Notes: generated by a model from the letters alone, not told the origin. A DNA stretch of 64,000 nucleotides from Eledone cirrhosa (GCA_964016885.1 OZ024749.1:20150001-20214000); one strand, 5' to 3'; shown: positions 39,701-57,950, numbered from the stretch's first letter. Numbers and translations are program-made.

Positions 39701-42700
39701 CTATATATACATTGTATCAGTAACTATATATATACACTGTATCAGTAACTATATATACACTCTATCAGTAACTATATATATACACTGTATCAGTAACTAT
39801 ATATACACTGTATCAGTAACTATATATACACTGTATCAGTAACTATATACACTGTATCAGTAACTATATATACACTGTATCAGTAACTATATATATACTG
39901 GATCAGTAACTATATATACACTGTATCCGTAACTATATATATACACTGTATCAGTAACTATATATACACTGTATCAGTAACTATATATACACTGTATCAG
40001 TAACTATATACACTGTATCAGTAACTATATATACACTGTATCAGTAACTANNNNNNNNNNNNNNNNNNNNNNNNNNNNNNNNNNNNNNNNNNNNNNNNNN
40101 NNNNNNNNNNNNNNNNNNNNNNNNNNNNNNNNNNNNNNNNNNNNNNNNNNNNNNNNNNNNNNNNNNNNNNNNNNNNNNNNNNNNNNNNNNNNNNNNNNNN
40201 NNNNNNNNNNNNNNNNNNNNNNNNNNNNNNNNNNNNNNNNNNNNNNNNNNATATACACTGTATCAGTAACTATATATACATTGTATCAGTAACTATATAT
40301 ATACACTGTATCAGTAACTATATATACACTGTATCAGTAACAATATATACACTGTATCAGTAACTATATATACACTGTATCAGTAACTATATATACATTT
40401 ATCAGTAACTATATATACACTGTATCAGTAACTATTTATACACTGTATCAGTAACTATATATACACTGTAATCAGTAACTATATAATACACTGTATCAGT
40501 AACTATATACACTGTATCAGTAACTATATTTCACTGTATCAGTAACTATATATACACTGTATCAGTAACTATATATACACTGTATCAGTAAACTATATAT
40601 ACACTGTATCAGTAACTATATATACAACTGTTATCAGTAACTATATATACACTGTATCAGTAACTATATATACACTGTATCAGTAACTATATATACACTG
40701 TATCAGTAACTATATATACACTGTATCAGTAACTATATACACTGTATCAGTAACTATATATACACTGTATCAGTAACTATATATACACTGTATCAGTAAC
40801 TATATATACACTGTATCAGTAACTATATATACACTGTATCAGTAACTATATACACTGTATCACTACACTGTATCATACTATATATACACTGTATCAGTAA
40901 CTATATATACACTGTATCAGTAACTATATATACACTGTATCAGTAACTATATATACACTGTATCAGTAACTATATATACACTGTATCAGTAACTATATAC
41001 ACTGTATCAGTAACTATATATACACTGTATCAGTAACTATATTATACACTGTATCAGTAACTATATATACACTGTATCAGTAACTATATATCACTGTATC
41101 AGTAACTATATACACTGTATCAGTAACTATATATACACTGTATCAGTAACTATATAATACTGTATCAGTAACTATATATACACTGTATCAGTAACTATAT
41201 ATACACTGTATCAGTAACTATATATACACTGTATCAGTAACTATATATACACTGTATCAGTAACTATATATTACACTGTATCAGTAACTATATATACTGT
41301 ATCAGTAACTATATATACACTGTATCAGTAACTATATATACATTGTATCAGTAACTATATATATACACTGTATCAGTAACTATATATACACTGTATCAGT
41401 AACTATATATACTGTATCAGTAACTATATATACACTGTATCAGTAACTATATATACATTGTATCAGTTAACTATATATACACTGTATCAGTAACTATATA
41501 TATTCTGTATCAGAACTATATATACACTGTATCAGTAACTATATATACACTGTATCAGTAACTATATATACATTGTATCAGCAACTATATATACACTGTA
41601 TCAGTAACTATATATATACACTGTATCAGTAACTATATATACATTGTATCAGTAACTATATATACACTGTATCAGTAACTATATATATACACTGTATCAG
41701 TAACTATATATACACTGTGTCAGTAACTATATATACACTGTATCAGTAACTATATATATATACTGTATCAGTAACTATATATATACTGGATCAGTAACTA
41801 TATATACACTGTATCCGTAACTATATATATACACTGTATCAGTAACTATATATACACTGTATCAGTAACTATATATACACTGTATCAGTAACTATATACA
41901 CTGTATCAGTAACTATATATACACTGTATCAGTAACTATATATACACTGTATCAGTAACTATATATACACTGTATCAGTAACTATATATAACTGTATCAG
42001 TAACTATATATACACTGTATCAGTAACTATATATACTGTATCAGTAACTATATATACACTTTATCAGTAACTATATATACACTGTATCAGTAACTATATA
42101 TACACTCTATCAGTAACTATATATACACTGTATCAGTAACTATATATACACTGTATCAGTAACTATATATACACTGTATCAGTAACTATATACACTGTAT
42201 CAGTAACTATATATACACTGTATCAGTAACTATATATATACTGTATCAGTAACTATATATACACTGTATCAGTAACTATATATAACACTGTATCAGTAAC
42301 TATATATACACTGTATCAGTAACTATATATACACTGTATCAGTAACTAGATATACACTGTATCAGTAACTATATATATACTGTATCAGTAACTGTATATA
42401 CACCGTATCAGTAACTATATATACACTGTATCAGTAACTATATATACACTGTATCAGTAACTATATATATACTGTATCAGTAACTATATATACACTGTAT
42501 CAGTAACTATATATTTACTGTATCAGTAACTATATAATACTGTATCAGTATCTATATATACACTGTATCAGTAACTATATATACACTGTATCAGTAACTA
42601 TATATACACTGTATCAGTAACTATATATACACTGTATCAGTAACTATATATACACTGTATCAGTAACTATATAGACACTGTATCAGTAACTATATATACA

Positions 42701-45700
42701 CTGTATCTGTAACTATATATACACTGTAGCAGTAACTATATATATACACTGTATCAGTAACTATATATACACTGTATCAGTATACTATATATACACTGTA
42801 TCAGTAACTATATATTCACTGTATCAGTAACTATATATATACACTGTATCAGTAACTATATACACTGTATCAGTAACTATATACACTGTATCAGCAACTA
42901 TATACACTGTATCAGTAAATATATATACACTGTATCAGTAACTATATATACACTGTATCAGTAACTATATATACACTGTATCAGTAACTATATACACTGT
43001 ATCAGCAACTATATATACTGTATCAGTAACTATATATACACTGTATCAGTAACTATATATACACTGTATCAGTAACTAATATATACACTGTATCAGTAAC
43101 TATATATACACTGTATCAGTAACTATATATACACTGTATCAGTAACTATATGCACTGTATCAGCAACTATATACACTGTATCAGTAACTATATATACACT
43201 GTATCAGTAACTATATATACACTGTATCAGTAACTATATATATACTATATCAGTAACTATATATACACTGTATCAGTAACTATATACACTGTATCAGTAA
43301 CTATATATATACACTGTATCAGTAACTATACACACTGTATCAGTAACTATATATACTGTATCAGTAACTATATATATACACTGTATCAGTACCATACACA
43401 CTGTATCAGTAACTATATATACACTGTATCAGTAACTATATATACACTGTATCAGTAACTATATATACACTGTATCAGTAACTATATATACACTGTATCA
43501 GTAACTATATATACACTGTATCAATAACTATATATACACTGTATCAGTAACTATATATACACTGTATCAGTAACTATATATACACTGTATCAGTAACTAT
43601 ATATACACTGTATCAGTAACTATATATACACTGTATCAGTAACTATATATACACTGTATCAGTAACTATATATACACTGTATCAGTAACTATATATACAC
43701 TGTATCAAGTAACTATATATATACACTGTATCAGTAACTATATATACACTGTATCAGTAACTATATATACACTGTATCAGTAACTATATATACACTGTAT
43801 CAGTAACTATATATACACTGTATCAGTAACTATACACACTGTATCAGTAACTATATATATACACTGTATCAGTAACTATATATATACACTGTATCAGTAA
43901 CTATATACACTGTATCAGTAACTATATATACACTGTATCAGTAACTATATATATACACTGTATCAGTAACTATACACACTGTATCAGTAACTATATATAT
44001 ACACTGTATCAGTAACTATATATATACACTGTATCAGTAACTATATATACACTGTATCAGTAACTATATATACACTGTATCAGTAACTTTATATACACTG
44101 TATCAGTAACTATATACACTGTATCAGTAACTATATATACACTGTATCAGTAACTATATATACACTGTATCAGTAACTATATACACTGTATCAGTAACTA
44201 TATACACTGTATCAGTAACTATATATACACTGTATCAGTAACTATATATACACTGTATCAGTAACTATTTATACACTGTATCAGTAACTATATATACATT
44301 GTATCAGTAACTATATATATACACTGTATCAGTAACTATATATACACTGTATCAGTAAACTATATACACTGTATCAGTAACTATATACACTGTATCAGTA
44401 ACTATATATATACTGTATCAGTAACTATATATACACTTTGTCAGTAACTATATATACTGTATCAGTAACTATATATACACTGTATCAGTAACTATATATA
44501 CACTGTATCAGTAACTATATATACACTGTATCAGTAACTATATATACACTGTATCAGTAACTATATATACACTGTATCAGTAACTATACACACTGTATCA
44601 GTAACTATACACACTGTATCAGTAACTATATATATACACTGTATCAGTAACTATATACACTGTATCAGTAACTATATATACAATGTATCAGTAACTATAT
44701 ATACACTGTATCAGTAACTATATATACACTGTATCAGTAACTATATACACTGTATCAGTAACTATATATACACTGTATCAGTAACTATATATACACTGTA
44801 TCAGTAACTATATATACACTGTATCAGTAACTATATATCCACTGTATCAGTAACTATATACACTGTATCAGTAACTATATATACACTGTATCAGTAACTA
44901 TATATATACTGTATCAGTAACTATATATACACTGTATCAGTAACTATATATACACTGTATCAGTAACTATATATCCACTGTATCAGTAACTATATATACT
45001 GTATCAGTAACTATATATACACTGTATCAGTAACTATATATACTGTATCAGTAACTATATATACACTGTATCAGTAACTATATATACATTGTATCAGTAA
45101 CTATATATATACACTGTATCAGTAACTATATATACACTGTATCAGTAACTATATATACTGTATCAGTAACTATATATACACTGTATCAGTAACTATATAT
45201 ACATTGTATCAGTAACTATATATATACACTGTATCAGTAACTATATATATTCTGTATCAGTAACTATATATACACTGTATCAGTAACTATATATACACTG
45301 TATCAGTAACTATATATCCACTGTATCAGTAACTATATATACTGTATCAGTAACTATATATACACTGTATCAGTAACTATATATACATTGTATCAGTAAC
45401 TATATATATACACTGTATCAGTAACTATATATACACTGTATCAGTAACTATATATACACTGTATCAGTAACTATATATACATTGTATCAGTAACTATATA
45501 TATACACTGTATCAGTAACTATATATACATTGTATCAGTAACTATATATATACACTGTATCAGTAACTATATATACACTGCATCAGTAACTATATATACA
45601 CTGTATCAGTAACTATTTATACACTGTATCAGTAACTATATATACACTGTATCAGTAACTACATATACACTGTATCAGTAACTATTTATACACTGTATCA

Positions 45701-47150
45701 GTAACTATATATACACTGTATCAGTAACTATATATACACTGTATCAGTAACTATTTATACACTGTATCAGTAACTATATATACATTGTATCAGTAACTAT
45801 ATATATACACTGTATCAGTAACTATATATACACTGTATCAGTAACTATATATACACTGTATCAGTAACTATATATACATTGTATCAGTAACTATATATAT
45901 ACACTGTATCAGTAACTATATATACATTGTATCAGTAACTATATATATACACTGTATCAGTAACTATATATACACTGTATCAGTAACTATATATACACTG
46001 TATCAGTAACTATTTATACACTGTATCAGTAACTATATATACACTGTATCAGTAACTATATATACACTGTATCAGTAACTATTTATACACTGTATCAGTA
46101 ACTATATATACACTGTATCAGTAACTATATATACACTGTATCAGTAACTATATACACTGTATCAGTAACTATATATATACTGTATCATTAACTATATATA
46201 CACTGTATCAGTAACTATATATACACTGTATCAGTAACTATATATACACTGTATCAGTAACTATTTATACACTGTATCAGTAACTATATATACATTGTAT
46301 CAGTAACTATATACACTGTATCAGTAACTATATATACACTGTATCAGTAACTATATATACACTGTATCAGTAACTATATATACACTGTATCAGTAACTAT
46401 ATATACTGTATCAGTAACTATATATCCACTGTATCAGTAACTATATATACTGTATCAGTAACTATATATACACTGTATCAGTAACTATATATACACTGTA
46501 TCAGTAACTATATATACACTGTATCAGTAACTATTTATACACTGTATCAGTAACTATATATCCACTGTATCAGTAACTATATATACACTGTATCAGTAAC
46601 TATATATACTGTATCAGTAACTATATATACACTGTATCAGTAACTATATATATACACTGTATCAGTAACTATATACACTGTATCAGTAACTATATATACT
46701 GTATCAGTAACTATATATACTGTATCAGTAACTATATATACACTGTATCATTAACTATATATACACTGTATCAGTAACTATATATACACTGTATCAGTAA
46801 CTGTATATACACTGTATTAGTAACTATATATACACTGTATCAGTAACTATATATACACTGTATCAGTAACTATATATACACTGTATCAGTAACTATATAC
46901 ACTGTATCAGTAACTATATATACACTGTATCAGTAACTATATATACACTGTATCAGTTACTATATATACACTGTATCAGTAACTATATACACTGTATCAG
47001 TAACTATATATACACTGTATCAGTAACTATATATACACTGTATCAGTAACTATATACACTGTATCAGCAACTATATATATACTGTATCAGTAACTATATA
47101 TACACTGTATCAGTAACTATATACACTGTATCAGTAACTATATATACTGT
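15739..47150. repeat. ~31-kb satellite, monomer CTGTATCAGTAAC(TA)nCA (mostly 21-25 bp)
   Basis: Directly visible, roughly 1,350 units; true length unknown because of the gap. Confidence 0.98.
40051..40250. other. Assembly gap (200 N)
   Basis: Run of N. Confidence 1.
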
Positions 47151-47212
47151 AGTAGTAGTATTAATAGTGGTGGTGGTTGTTATAGTAGTGGTAGTGTTGG
47201 TAGTGGTAGTAG

Positions 47213-48062
47213 CAATAATAATAATGAAATGATTGTGTACTGTGCTCAGGTGCACTACAACTCATCAAAGGTACATGTATAGTACATAGAATGATGTACC
47301 ATTGTCAGGAAAGTGGGAAAGTGATCAGTGTATGAGTCATGATATACACGTATGCATGTTTATGGAGGTGGGGATGTCAAGTGTATTGTTGGCGAATTTC
47401 AGGAAGCATGGAGGTTTTAAAGGATGCAGTGTCCCAACATCTAACAACTGATGCAGGTAATTTGTTCCATGAAGGTTTTAAAGGATGCAGTGTCCCAACA
47501 GCTAACAACTGATGCAGGTAGTTTGTTCCATGAAGGTTTTAAGGATGCAGTGTCCCAACAGCTAACAACTGATGCAGGTAGTTTGTTCTATGAAGGTTTT
47601 AAAGGATGCACTGTCCCAACATCTAACAACTGATGCAGGTAATTTGTTCTATGAAGGTTTTAAAGGATGCAGTGTCCCAACATCTAACAACTGATGTAGG
47701 TAATTTGTTCCATGAAGGTTTTAAAAGATGCAGTGTCCCAACTGCTAACAACTGATGCTGGTAATTTGTTCTATGAAGGTTTTAAAGGATGCAGTGTCCC
47801 AACATCTAACAACTGATGTAGGTAATTTGTTCCATGAAGGTTTTAAAGGATGCAGTGTCCCAACAGCTAACAACTGATGCAGGTAATTTGTTCTATGAAG
47901 GTTTTAAAGGATGCAGTCTCCCAACAGCTAACAACTGATGCAGGTAATTTGTTCTATGAAGGTTTTAAAGGATGCAGTGTCCCAACAGCTAACAACTGAT
48001 GCAGGTAGTTTGTTCCATGGAGGTTTTAAAGGATGCAGTGTCCCAACAGCTAACAACTGATA
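47213..48062 (-). mobile_element. CR1/L2-group LINE 3' end
   Basis: Minus strand reads WNKLPASVV(R/S)CWDTASFKTSMLPEIRQQYT*, the typical WNxLP..VV...FK C-terminus, then UTR and (ATT)n tail. Confidence 0.7.
47410..48062. repeat. 61-bp minisatellite, ~11 copies
   Basis: Unit GAAGGTTTTAAAGGATGCAGTGTCCCAACAGCTAACAACTGATGCAGGTAATTTGTTCCAT starting at 47471, 47532, 47592, 47653 and onward. Confidence 0.95.
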
Positions 48063-48066
48063 CAGA

Positions 48067-48572
48067 ATAATTGTTTCTACTTTTGACACACCGCCAGCAA
48101 TTACCCCAGTGTATCACTGGTACTTTATTTTATCGACCCCATAAGGATGAAAGGCAAAGTTAACCTTGGTGGGATTTGAACTCAGAATGGCAAGGATTGT
48201 AACTCTATGCGTCAAAGCATGGCATCTGACCCTCTATCGATACTGCCAATCTACCGTCCTTATAATCACAATAATAATAATAATAATTGTTTCTACTTTT
48301 GGCACAAGGCCAGCAATTACCCCAGTGTATTACTGGTGATTTATTTTATCAACCCCGTAGGGATGAAAAGCAAAGTTAACCTTGGCGGGATTTGAACTCA
48401 GAACGTAAAGGACCATAACTGCATGTTGCAAATAATAATAAAATGGTTTTTTATATAGGCACAATGCCAGCAATTTGGGGGAAGGGGAAAGTCAATTAAA
48501 TCGACTCCAGTGGATGACTGGTACTTTATTTTATCGACCCAGTAAGGATGAAAGGCAAAGCTAACCTCAGCG
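48067..48572 (-). mobile_element. Three tandem SINE fragments
   Basis: Repeated CTGGTACTTTATTTTATCGACCCC..GGATGAAAGGCAAAGTTAACC..GGGATTTGAACTC (B box on the minus strand). Confidence 0.7.
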
Positions 48573-48589
48573 AGTTAATAATGACAATA

Positions 48590-52000
<3,411 letters not shown>

Positions 52001-52640
52001 CTTTTTTCTTTTTTCTTTTTTCTTTTTTCTTTTTTCTTTCTATTCTTTCCTCTTTAATGTTTATTTATTATTTATTATTTTTTATTTTCTTAGTTTATAG
52101 ATACATCTATATTAGGCAGTCTGCTCAGACCGTTGAATACTGACCTCTCCCCCTCCCTCCCACCTAATTTCTGTATCTTGATCTAAAAATGTGTGTGCCA
52201 GTGTTTATGTGAGTGAATTAATATCCATGTGCTTATGATTTTATATCCACATATATAAATGTGAGTGGGGGTGTGTGTGTGTTTGTATGTTCGTGGTTAT
52301 GTGTATATTTATGCATATACGCGCGTGTATGTGTGATTGTACGGATATGTGTGAGTATGAAAAAATATATTTATATACTTAATTTCATATTTGTGTGTCA
52401 ATACGCATCTTATCTGTGCATTATAAACTTACAGAGACATTAACCTTGAAATTTTGTATTTGCATCCATCCTTTTAGTATGCGTATACAAATTATACATA
52501 CATTTTTGTAAAATATGTGTAAGGGTTTTACATGTATATACACACACCGAACTGCATTTAACCCTTTGTGTTTTCATTGGTCAATTTTGTTCCCAAACGG
52601 ACCTGAAATTTTGAATTGTTGTTATTATCAATAAATATAC

Positions 52641-52794
52641 TTCATTATTTCTGAAGACGGCGTATATATGTGTTGGTATGTATATTTAATCTTGATAGTT
52701 TGTATAATTTTGTATAATTTTGTACATAGATCTGTTGAATATGCATGCCAATTCTAACACATATATATCCTAGAAACGATCGTTAAATAATGAA
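52641..52794 (+). ncRNA. Type I hammerhead with ~115-nt extended stem II
   Basis: TTCATTATTT-CTGAAGA-[long hairpin]-GAAA-CGATCG-TT-AAATAATGAA; perfect 10-bp stem I, palindromic stem III AACGATCGTT. Confidence 0.7.
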
Positions 52795-52839
52795 CTTTTT
52801 TTGTTTAATATAAGGAATTGTTTATTCATTATTTGTTTA

Positions 52840-52920
<81 letters not shown>

Positions 52921-53098
52921 ATATGTGTGTATAAATATATATATATATTGTTATACTTTGGGGGGGTCATGTTGCCAATAAGAAACACACGCACCAGTTG
53001 CTTTCACTTCAATTTATCATAGTAAATTTATAAATTTAGGAATTTATAAATTTCCGGTTGATTGGTTGGTTCCACAACCAGATGGTTGTTTATATATT

Positions 53099-53141
53099 GT
53101 CAAAGTTCTTTCGTCACACATTCTGTGACCTCTTCAGTGAC
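53099..53141 (-). ncRNA. pLTR minimal hammerhead
   Basis: Same as 4413-4455, reverse strand. Confidence 0.7.
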
Positions 53142-54559
53142 TGGGGATTCTTTTCTTTGTTTTTGTGCCTCTCCTTTGTTCTGTCCTACGCCATCTTGTT
53201 TTTGTGTGTGTTGTGTGCTCAGTTTGCGCATGTGTTACATCCGGGTGCCTGTGTGTGTTTATATTCATTTATTTGTTTATTTACATGTTACTGGTTGGTT
53301 GTTTGTTCTATGTGCGTGTGTGTTTTCATTTTGTCCTTAATTGTAAGTTGTGATGTTGCTGTTCCACTCATGTTTTCTATTTAATTTTGGTTGCAATTCA
53401 TTTATGTTTATTGCCTCTGTGATTTGTCTAAACATTGCGTCTTTTCTGTGTGTAGATTCTATTTTTATTTCTATGTTCTCTAATTTACCCTTATGTTCTA
53501 TTTTAGCATGTTAGTAGAGTACAGATGATTCTTTACTATCTTGAAGGTCTCGCCAGTGTTCATTTATCCGTTCCCCTATACTACGAGCTGTCTCACCTAT
53601 GTACACTATATTTTTATCTCTACATTGTCCTTCAGTACATCTTATGCTATATACTACATTTCTAGTTTTACAGTTAATATGGGGGCTTAATTTACAGATT
53701 ATACATTTCTTATCTATACAGGGAGGTCTTTGAAAAGGGTATGTCTTGCTAATAAATGTGTTTATGGAGGTGCCTGGTCTTTCTACTATCTTAATATTGA
53801 GTTTATGTTTATCTAGGGCCCTTCTAAATTTGTAAGCTAATTCACCTCTAGGGGTTGTATCGATGAACATTACACTCTGGTATTTATTGCTATCATACCA
53901 TGAGTTTATTCTATTAGCCTTATTCCTAGTTCTTTCTATTCTATTCCAAAATTTGCTCCTATACAAGGGGCAGGTCCCATTTGTGTCATTATTTACCATT
54001 TTTTCCCATTTGGTTCTGGCTCCTCTATACACTCTGATTTTATCTCTCTGATTGTAACCAGAGAATTGCATACGGTGGATGAAGTGTTGTATGTGTCTCT
54101 CTAGTTCTTCGGGGTTGCACATGCGGGACACGTTTCTCATCACACCGGCGAGACCTTCAAGATAGTAAAGAATCATCTGTACTCTACCAACATGCTAAAA
54201 TAGAACATAAGGGTAAATTAGAGAACATAGAAATAAAAATAGAATCTACAAACAGAAAAGATGCAATGTTTAGACAAATCACAGAGGCAATAAACATAAA
54301 TGAATTACAATTAAATAGAAAACATGAGTGGAACAGCAACATCACAACTTACAATTAAGGACAAAATGAAAACACACACGCACATAGAACAAACAACCAA
54401 CCAGTAACATGTAAATAAACAAATAAATAAACGAATATAAACACACACAGACACCCGGATGTAACATATGCGCAAACTAAGCACACAACACACACACAAA
54501 AACAAGATGGCGTAGGACAGAACAAAGGAGAGGCACAAAAACAAAAAAAAGAATCCCAA

Positions 54560-54602
54560 GTCACTGAAGAGGTCACAAAATGTGTGACGAAAGAACTTTG
54601 AC
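54560..54602 (+). ncRNA. pLTR minimal hammerhead
   Basis: GTCA-CTGAAGA-g-GTCACAaaatgTGTGAC-GAAA-GAAC-TT-TGAC. Confidence 0.7.
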
Positions 54603-54881
54603 AAAATATAAACAACCATCTGGTTGTGGAGCCAACCAACCAACCGGAAATTTATAAATTCCTAAATTTATAAATTTATTATAATAAATTGAAGTGAAAG
54701 CAACTGGTGCGTGTGTTTCTTATTGGCAACATGACCCCCCCAAAGTATAACAATATTGGTTTCAACACACGTTTTCAGATAAAGAATCTTGCTAAACAAA
54801 TTCAGAAACGATATATATATATATATATGTATGTATGTATATATGTATATATGTATGTATATATATATATATATATGTATG

Positions 54882-54924
<43 letters not shown>

Positions 54925-55063
54925 GTGTGTGTGTATGTCTATATATATATATATATATGTGTGTATGTCTATATATATATATGTGTGTATGTCTATATAT
55001 ATATGTGTGTATGTCTATATATATATATATGTGTATGTCTATATATATATGTGTGTGTATGTC

Positions 55064-55094
<31 letters not shown>

Positions 55095-55816
55095 ATGTCT
55101 ATATATATATATATGTGTGTGAATGTCTATATATATATGTGTGTGTGTGAATGTCTATATATATATATATATATGTGTGTGTGTATGTATATATATATAT
55201 ATTATATATGTGTGTGTATATATAATATAGATGTGTGTATAGCAACCAATGGCAACTTCTTTTTCCGTCTTTTAAAGGTCTTCAGCCTATTTTATAAGTC
55301 ATCTTTATAGCATTTCTGTGCTTTTTACTTTTACTTATACCTATTACACTCCCAACCATTGCTGCCTGTAATTGTGTTATTTCAAGCGGAACATCTTTTT
55401 AACTCCTGAATCTCCACATGATGCCTTTGACACTAATAACAACTATGTACCCTAAATGTTCTAAATGACTAGGATTCTAGTTACATGTTTTCGACATTCC
55501 ATGATAACTCCGATGATACCAGACCTCCCTCTGGAAGAAACGATTGTCAGCAAATAAATGTTCTAAACTAAAATTTGATCGTTTTAACACTTTGTATCTC
55601 GGCTCTGTAAAACACTTTAAAATTTGCACTGAGCCATGTTGTCATACCGGTAACTGGCTAGTACTTAGTACTACCCTACATATTTATAGTTATATCAAAT
55701 ATATAAATATAGATATGAATATTACTATATATATATATATTATATATAACATTTTATCATTTTATATAGGTGATCAGATTAGCATTGGGTGGGGGTGTTC
55801 CGAGGCCATAGTATCT

Positions 55817-56003
55817 AGAATAAGATAAGACCTCGAAAAACATGGGTGGAGGTGGTGAGAGCAGACCTCAGATCGCTGAAACTCACCGAGAAGATGACGA
55901 AGGACTGCGACAAGTGGAGAGATGCTGTGCTGAATAGGACCCGTCCCACCCTTGCAAGCAGGGAAAAACAGACGTAAAATGATGATGAGGATGATGATGA
56001 TGA
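55817..56003 (+). mobile_element. RTE LINE extreme 3' fragment (different subfamily)
   Basis: RPRKTWVEVVRADLRSLKLTEKMTKDCDKWR, then (GAT)n tail. Confidence 0.8.
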
Positions 56004-56069
56004 TATATATATATATAACATAAATAAGAGAGACAGTTTTATTCGTACATCTTCATTTTATTACATAAT

Positions 56070-56140
56070 TCCATTATACGTATTTCAAAGATGTCAGAGG
56101 TGTTATATAATAACCCCCTAGCATGTTTTTATCAGATGGA
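56070..56140 (-). ncRNA. Hammerhead-like motif (core G8>A)
   Basis: TCCAT-CTGATAA-[stem II]-GAAA-TACGTA-TA-ATGGA; palindromic stem III. Confidence 0.6.
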
Positions 56141-56237
56141 GTAAGATGTATTTTCCTATCCATTGTTATGTTACTGGTTTCTCGTGGTCTTTATATTGCT
56201 GGTCAGTACCTAACAACTGAATAATTATATATATATA

Positions 56238-56575
56238 GGGAATGTAATGTCCAGCTATGGTAGGTTCACCAGAGTGAGCACTCGATGCGTAGTTTCCAGT
56301 AAATATAGAGGTGTAGAACAAAAGCAGAGTGTAATAATAATAATAATAATAAGGATGATTTGTTATGTCTTCATTACGTTTATTGAGTAGTGACATGTGT
56401 TTCGCTATTGATCAGCTCAAGGTTCAATCTGTATTGATCTAGCCTGACTCTGGAATCAAAAGAGGTCCGATGAGCTTTTGATTCAAGAGTCGAGCTAGAT
56501 CGATACTGATCAATAGCGAAACATGCATCACTACTCAATAAATGTAATGAAGATATAACAAATCATCCTTATTAT
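56238..56575. mobile_element. Fold-back hammerhead element with one-sided tail
   Basis: Arms 56346-56462 and 56475-56575 are inverted; plus strand CCGATGA-GCTTTTGATT...GATCAATAGC-GAAA-CATGCATC; the left arm has GAAACACATGTC; tail 56238-56345 ends in (TA)n. Confidence 0.7.
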
Positions 56576-56602
56576 GTATCATTAATACACTGGGATAATT
56601 GC

Positions 56603-56982
56603 TGGTTTAGTGGTTAGAGCATTGGGCTTGCAATCAAAGGGTTCAATTCTCGGACTGAGTGATGTGTTGCTTCCTTGAGCAAAACACTTTATTTCACATT
56701 ACTCCAGTTTACTCAGCTGTAAAAATGAGATGATAGGGACTGGGGTCTCTATCATTCCACTGCAAAGTGGTCGTGGAGGTGCCACAGCAAAAAAGCAGCC
56801 ATCACTCACTGTAAATGATGTTGGTGTTAGGAAGGGCATCCAGCTGTAGAAATCAAGCCAGAATCAGTTCCCGTATGAGCAAGACATGGTCAGCCGACCG
56901 GACACTGCCCACAACAGGACAACCCTTCTAACCCATGCTAGCATGGAAGAATGGACGTAAAACGATGATGATGATGATGATG
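56603..56982 (+). mobile_element. tRNA-derived SINE with RTE-type tail
   Basis: TGGTTTAGTGG, GGTTCAATTC, CCTTGAGCAA core, GGAAGGGCATCCAGCTGTAG, (GAT)n. Confidence 0.85.
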
Positions 56983-57013
56983 TTATTCAATATGGTCAAT
57001 AAAGATTCTAACT

Positions 57014-57143
57014 TCATTGTTTCCAAAGAAGACGGTCTGATCGAACCTATATATGAAGTCTGATAGTATGCAGTTATATAACTGCTATAGATCAGTTAAT
57101 ATGTCAATATGATCAACACTCTGAAACGATCATAAAACAATGA
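57014..57143 (+). ncRNA. Degenerate long-stem-II hammerhead (related to 52641)
   Basis: TCATTGTTT-ccaaaGAAGACGG...GAAA-CGATCA-TA-AAACAATGA; stem I intact, core damaged. Confidence 0.45.
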
Positions 57144-57214
57144 TATGAATAGGTAAAAAACTTGACTTTGTTATTGCTTTCATTGTTAAATTAATATCTA
57201 ATATATATATATAT

Positions 57215-57360
57215 AAAAGATAAACAGAAATAACAACACAATCGGTACAGTATATCGAAGGAATATATTAAGTTAATGCTTGAAATAGCAGGAAGAGAGA
57301 GGGTCTTAACGTTTCGGATGCTAGCCCTTCATCAAAAGAAAGAATGAGAAATAAGATAGA
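57215..57360 (-). mobile_element. Family B PLE-type 3' end with minimal hammerhead (57304-57339)
   Basis: TCTT-TTGATGA-a-GGGctagcaTCC-GAAA-CG-TT-AAGA; homologous to 58975-59098 in the opposite orientation. Confidence 0.65.
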
Positions 57361-57455
57361 TTGAAAGGACAGGCGGGTTGGAATTGGAAAAAATGTCTTT
57401 AGAAAAAAATAACAGGTCCATTCATGTTGACATCTCTTGGAAACACACACACACT

Positions 57456-57504
<49 letters not shown>

Positions 57505-57507
<3 letters not shown>

Positions 57508-57767
57508 CAAAAGGGATATTTAATTTGTTGGTAATTCAACAAATATATTTATAACTGATTTGAAGCACTCAACAGATTTTCTAGAGAATAATATCAATGA
57601 TATTAATAAATGGAAACTATATTTATAAAACCATATTTATTCTATTATATATATTTCAAGGGTACCAAAACTTTGGTACGCTCTCATCAGATAAAATACA
57701 AAGTTTGTTTTATAAATATTGACATATCCAGGAAGGAGATCTTATCGGTTCAAGTTTTTCCTGGATA
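57505..57767 (-). mobile_element. Collinear full copy of family A hammerhead mini-element (ribozyme 57638-57698)
   Basis: 5' hairpin TATCCAGGAA...TTCCTGGATA, intact hammerhead, tail with hairpin; (TA)n both sides. Confidence 0.8.
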
Positions 57768-57950
57768 TATATATATATGGGAGTGACAAGACTATAGAGT
57801 TACATAGAATCAGTCAATAGTAAGCTAATATTGTTTTTGTTGTTGTTTTCATTATCCTACTTCATTATTTTGGTTGGTGTTTGGTTATAATAGAATGTCT
57901 GAATATACCACTTGGAACTGTTATCTTGACATGTGGTGGGGTCAGGGTGT

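Larger units (their letters stand above)
52945..54811 (-). mobile_element. Second copy of the Nematis-like PLE with inverted arm
   Basis: Minus arm 52945-~54146 (RT thumb + GIY-YIG, premature TAA at 53511); plus arm ~54141-54811 carries the 55-nt tail; (TA)n flanks. Confidence 0.92.

Noticed and set aside
15739-47150. Satellite as a CRISPR array or telomeric repeat
   Set aside because: No unique spacers (only the (TA)n count varies), no cas genes, eukaryotic context; not TTAGGG and internal to the scaffold.
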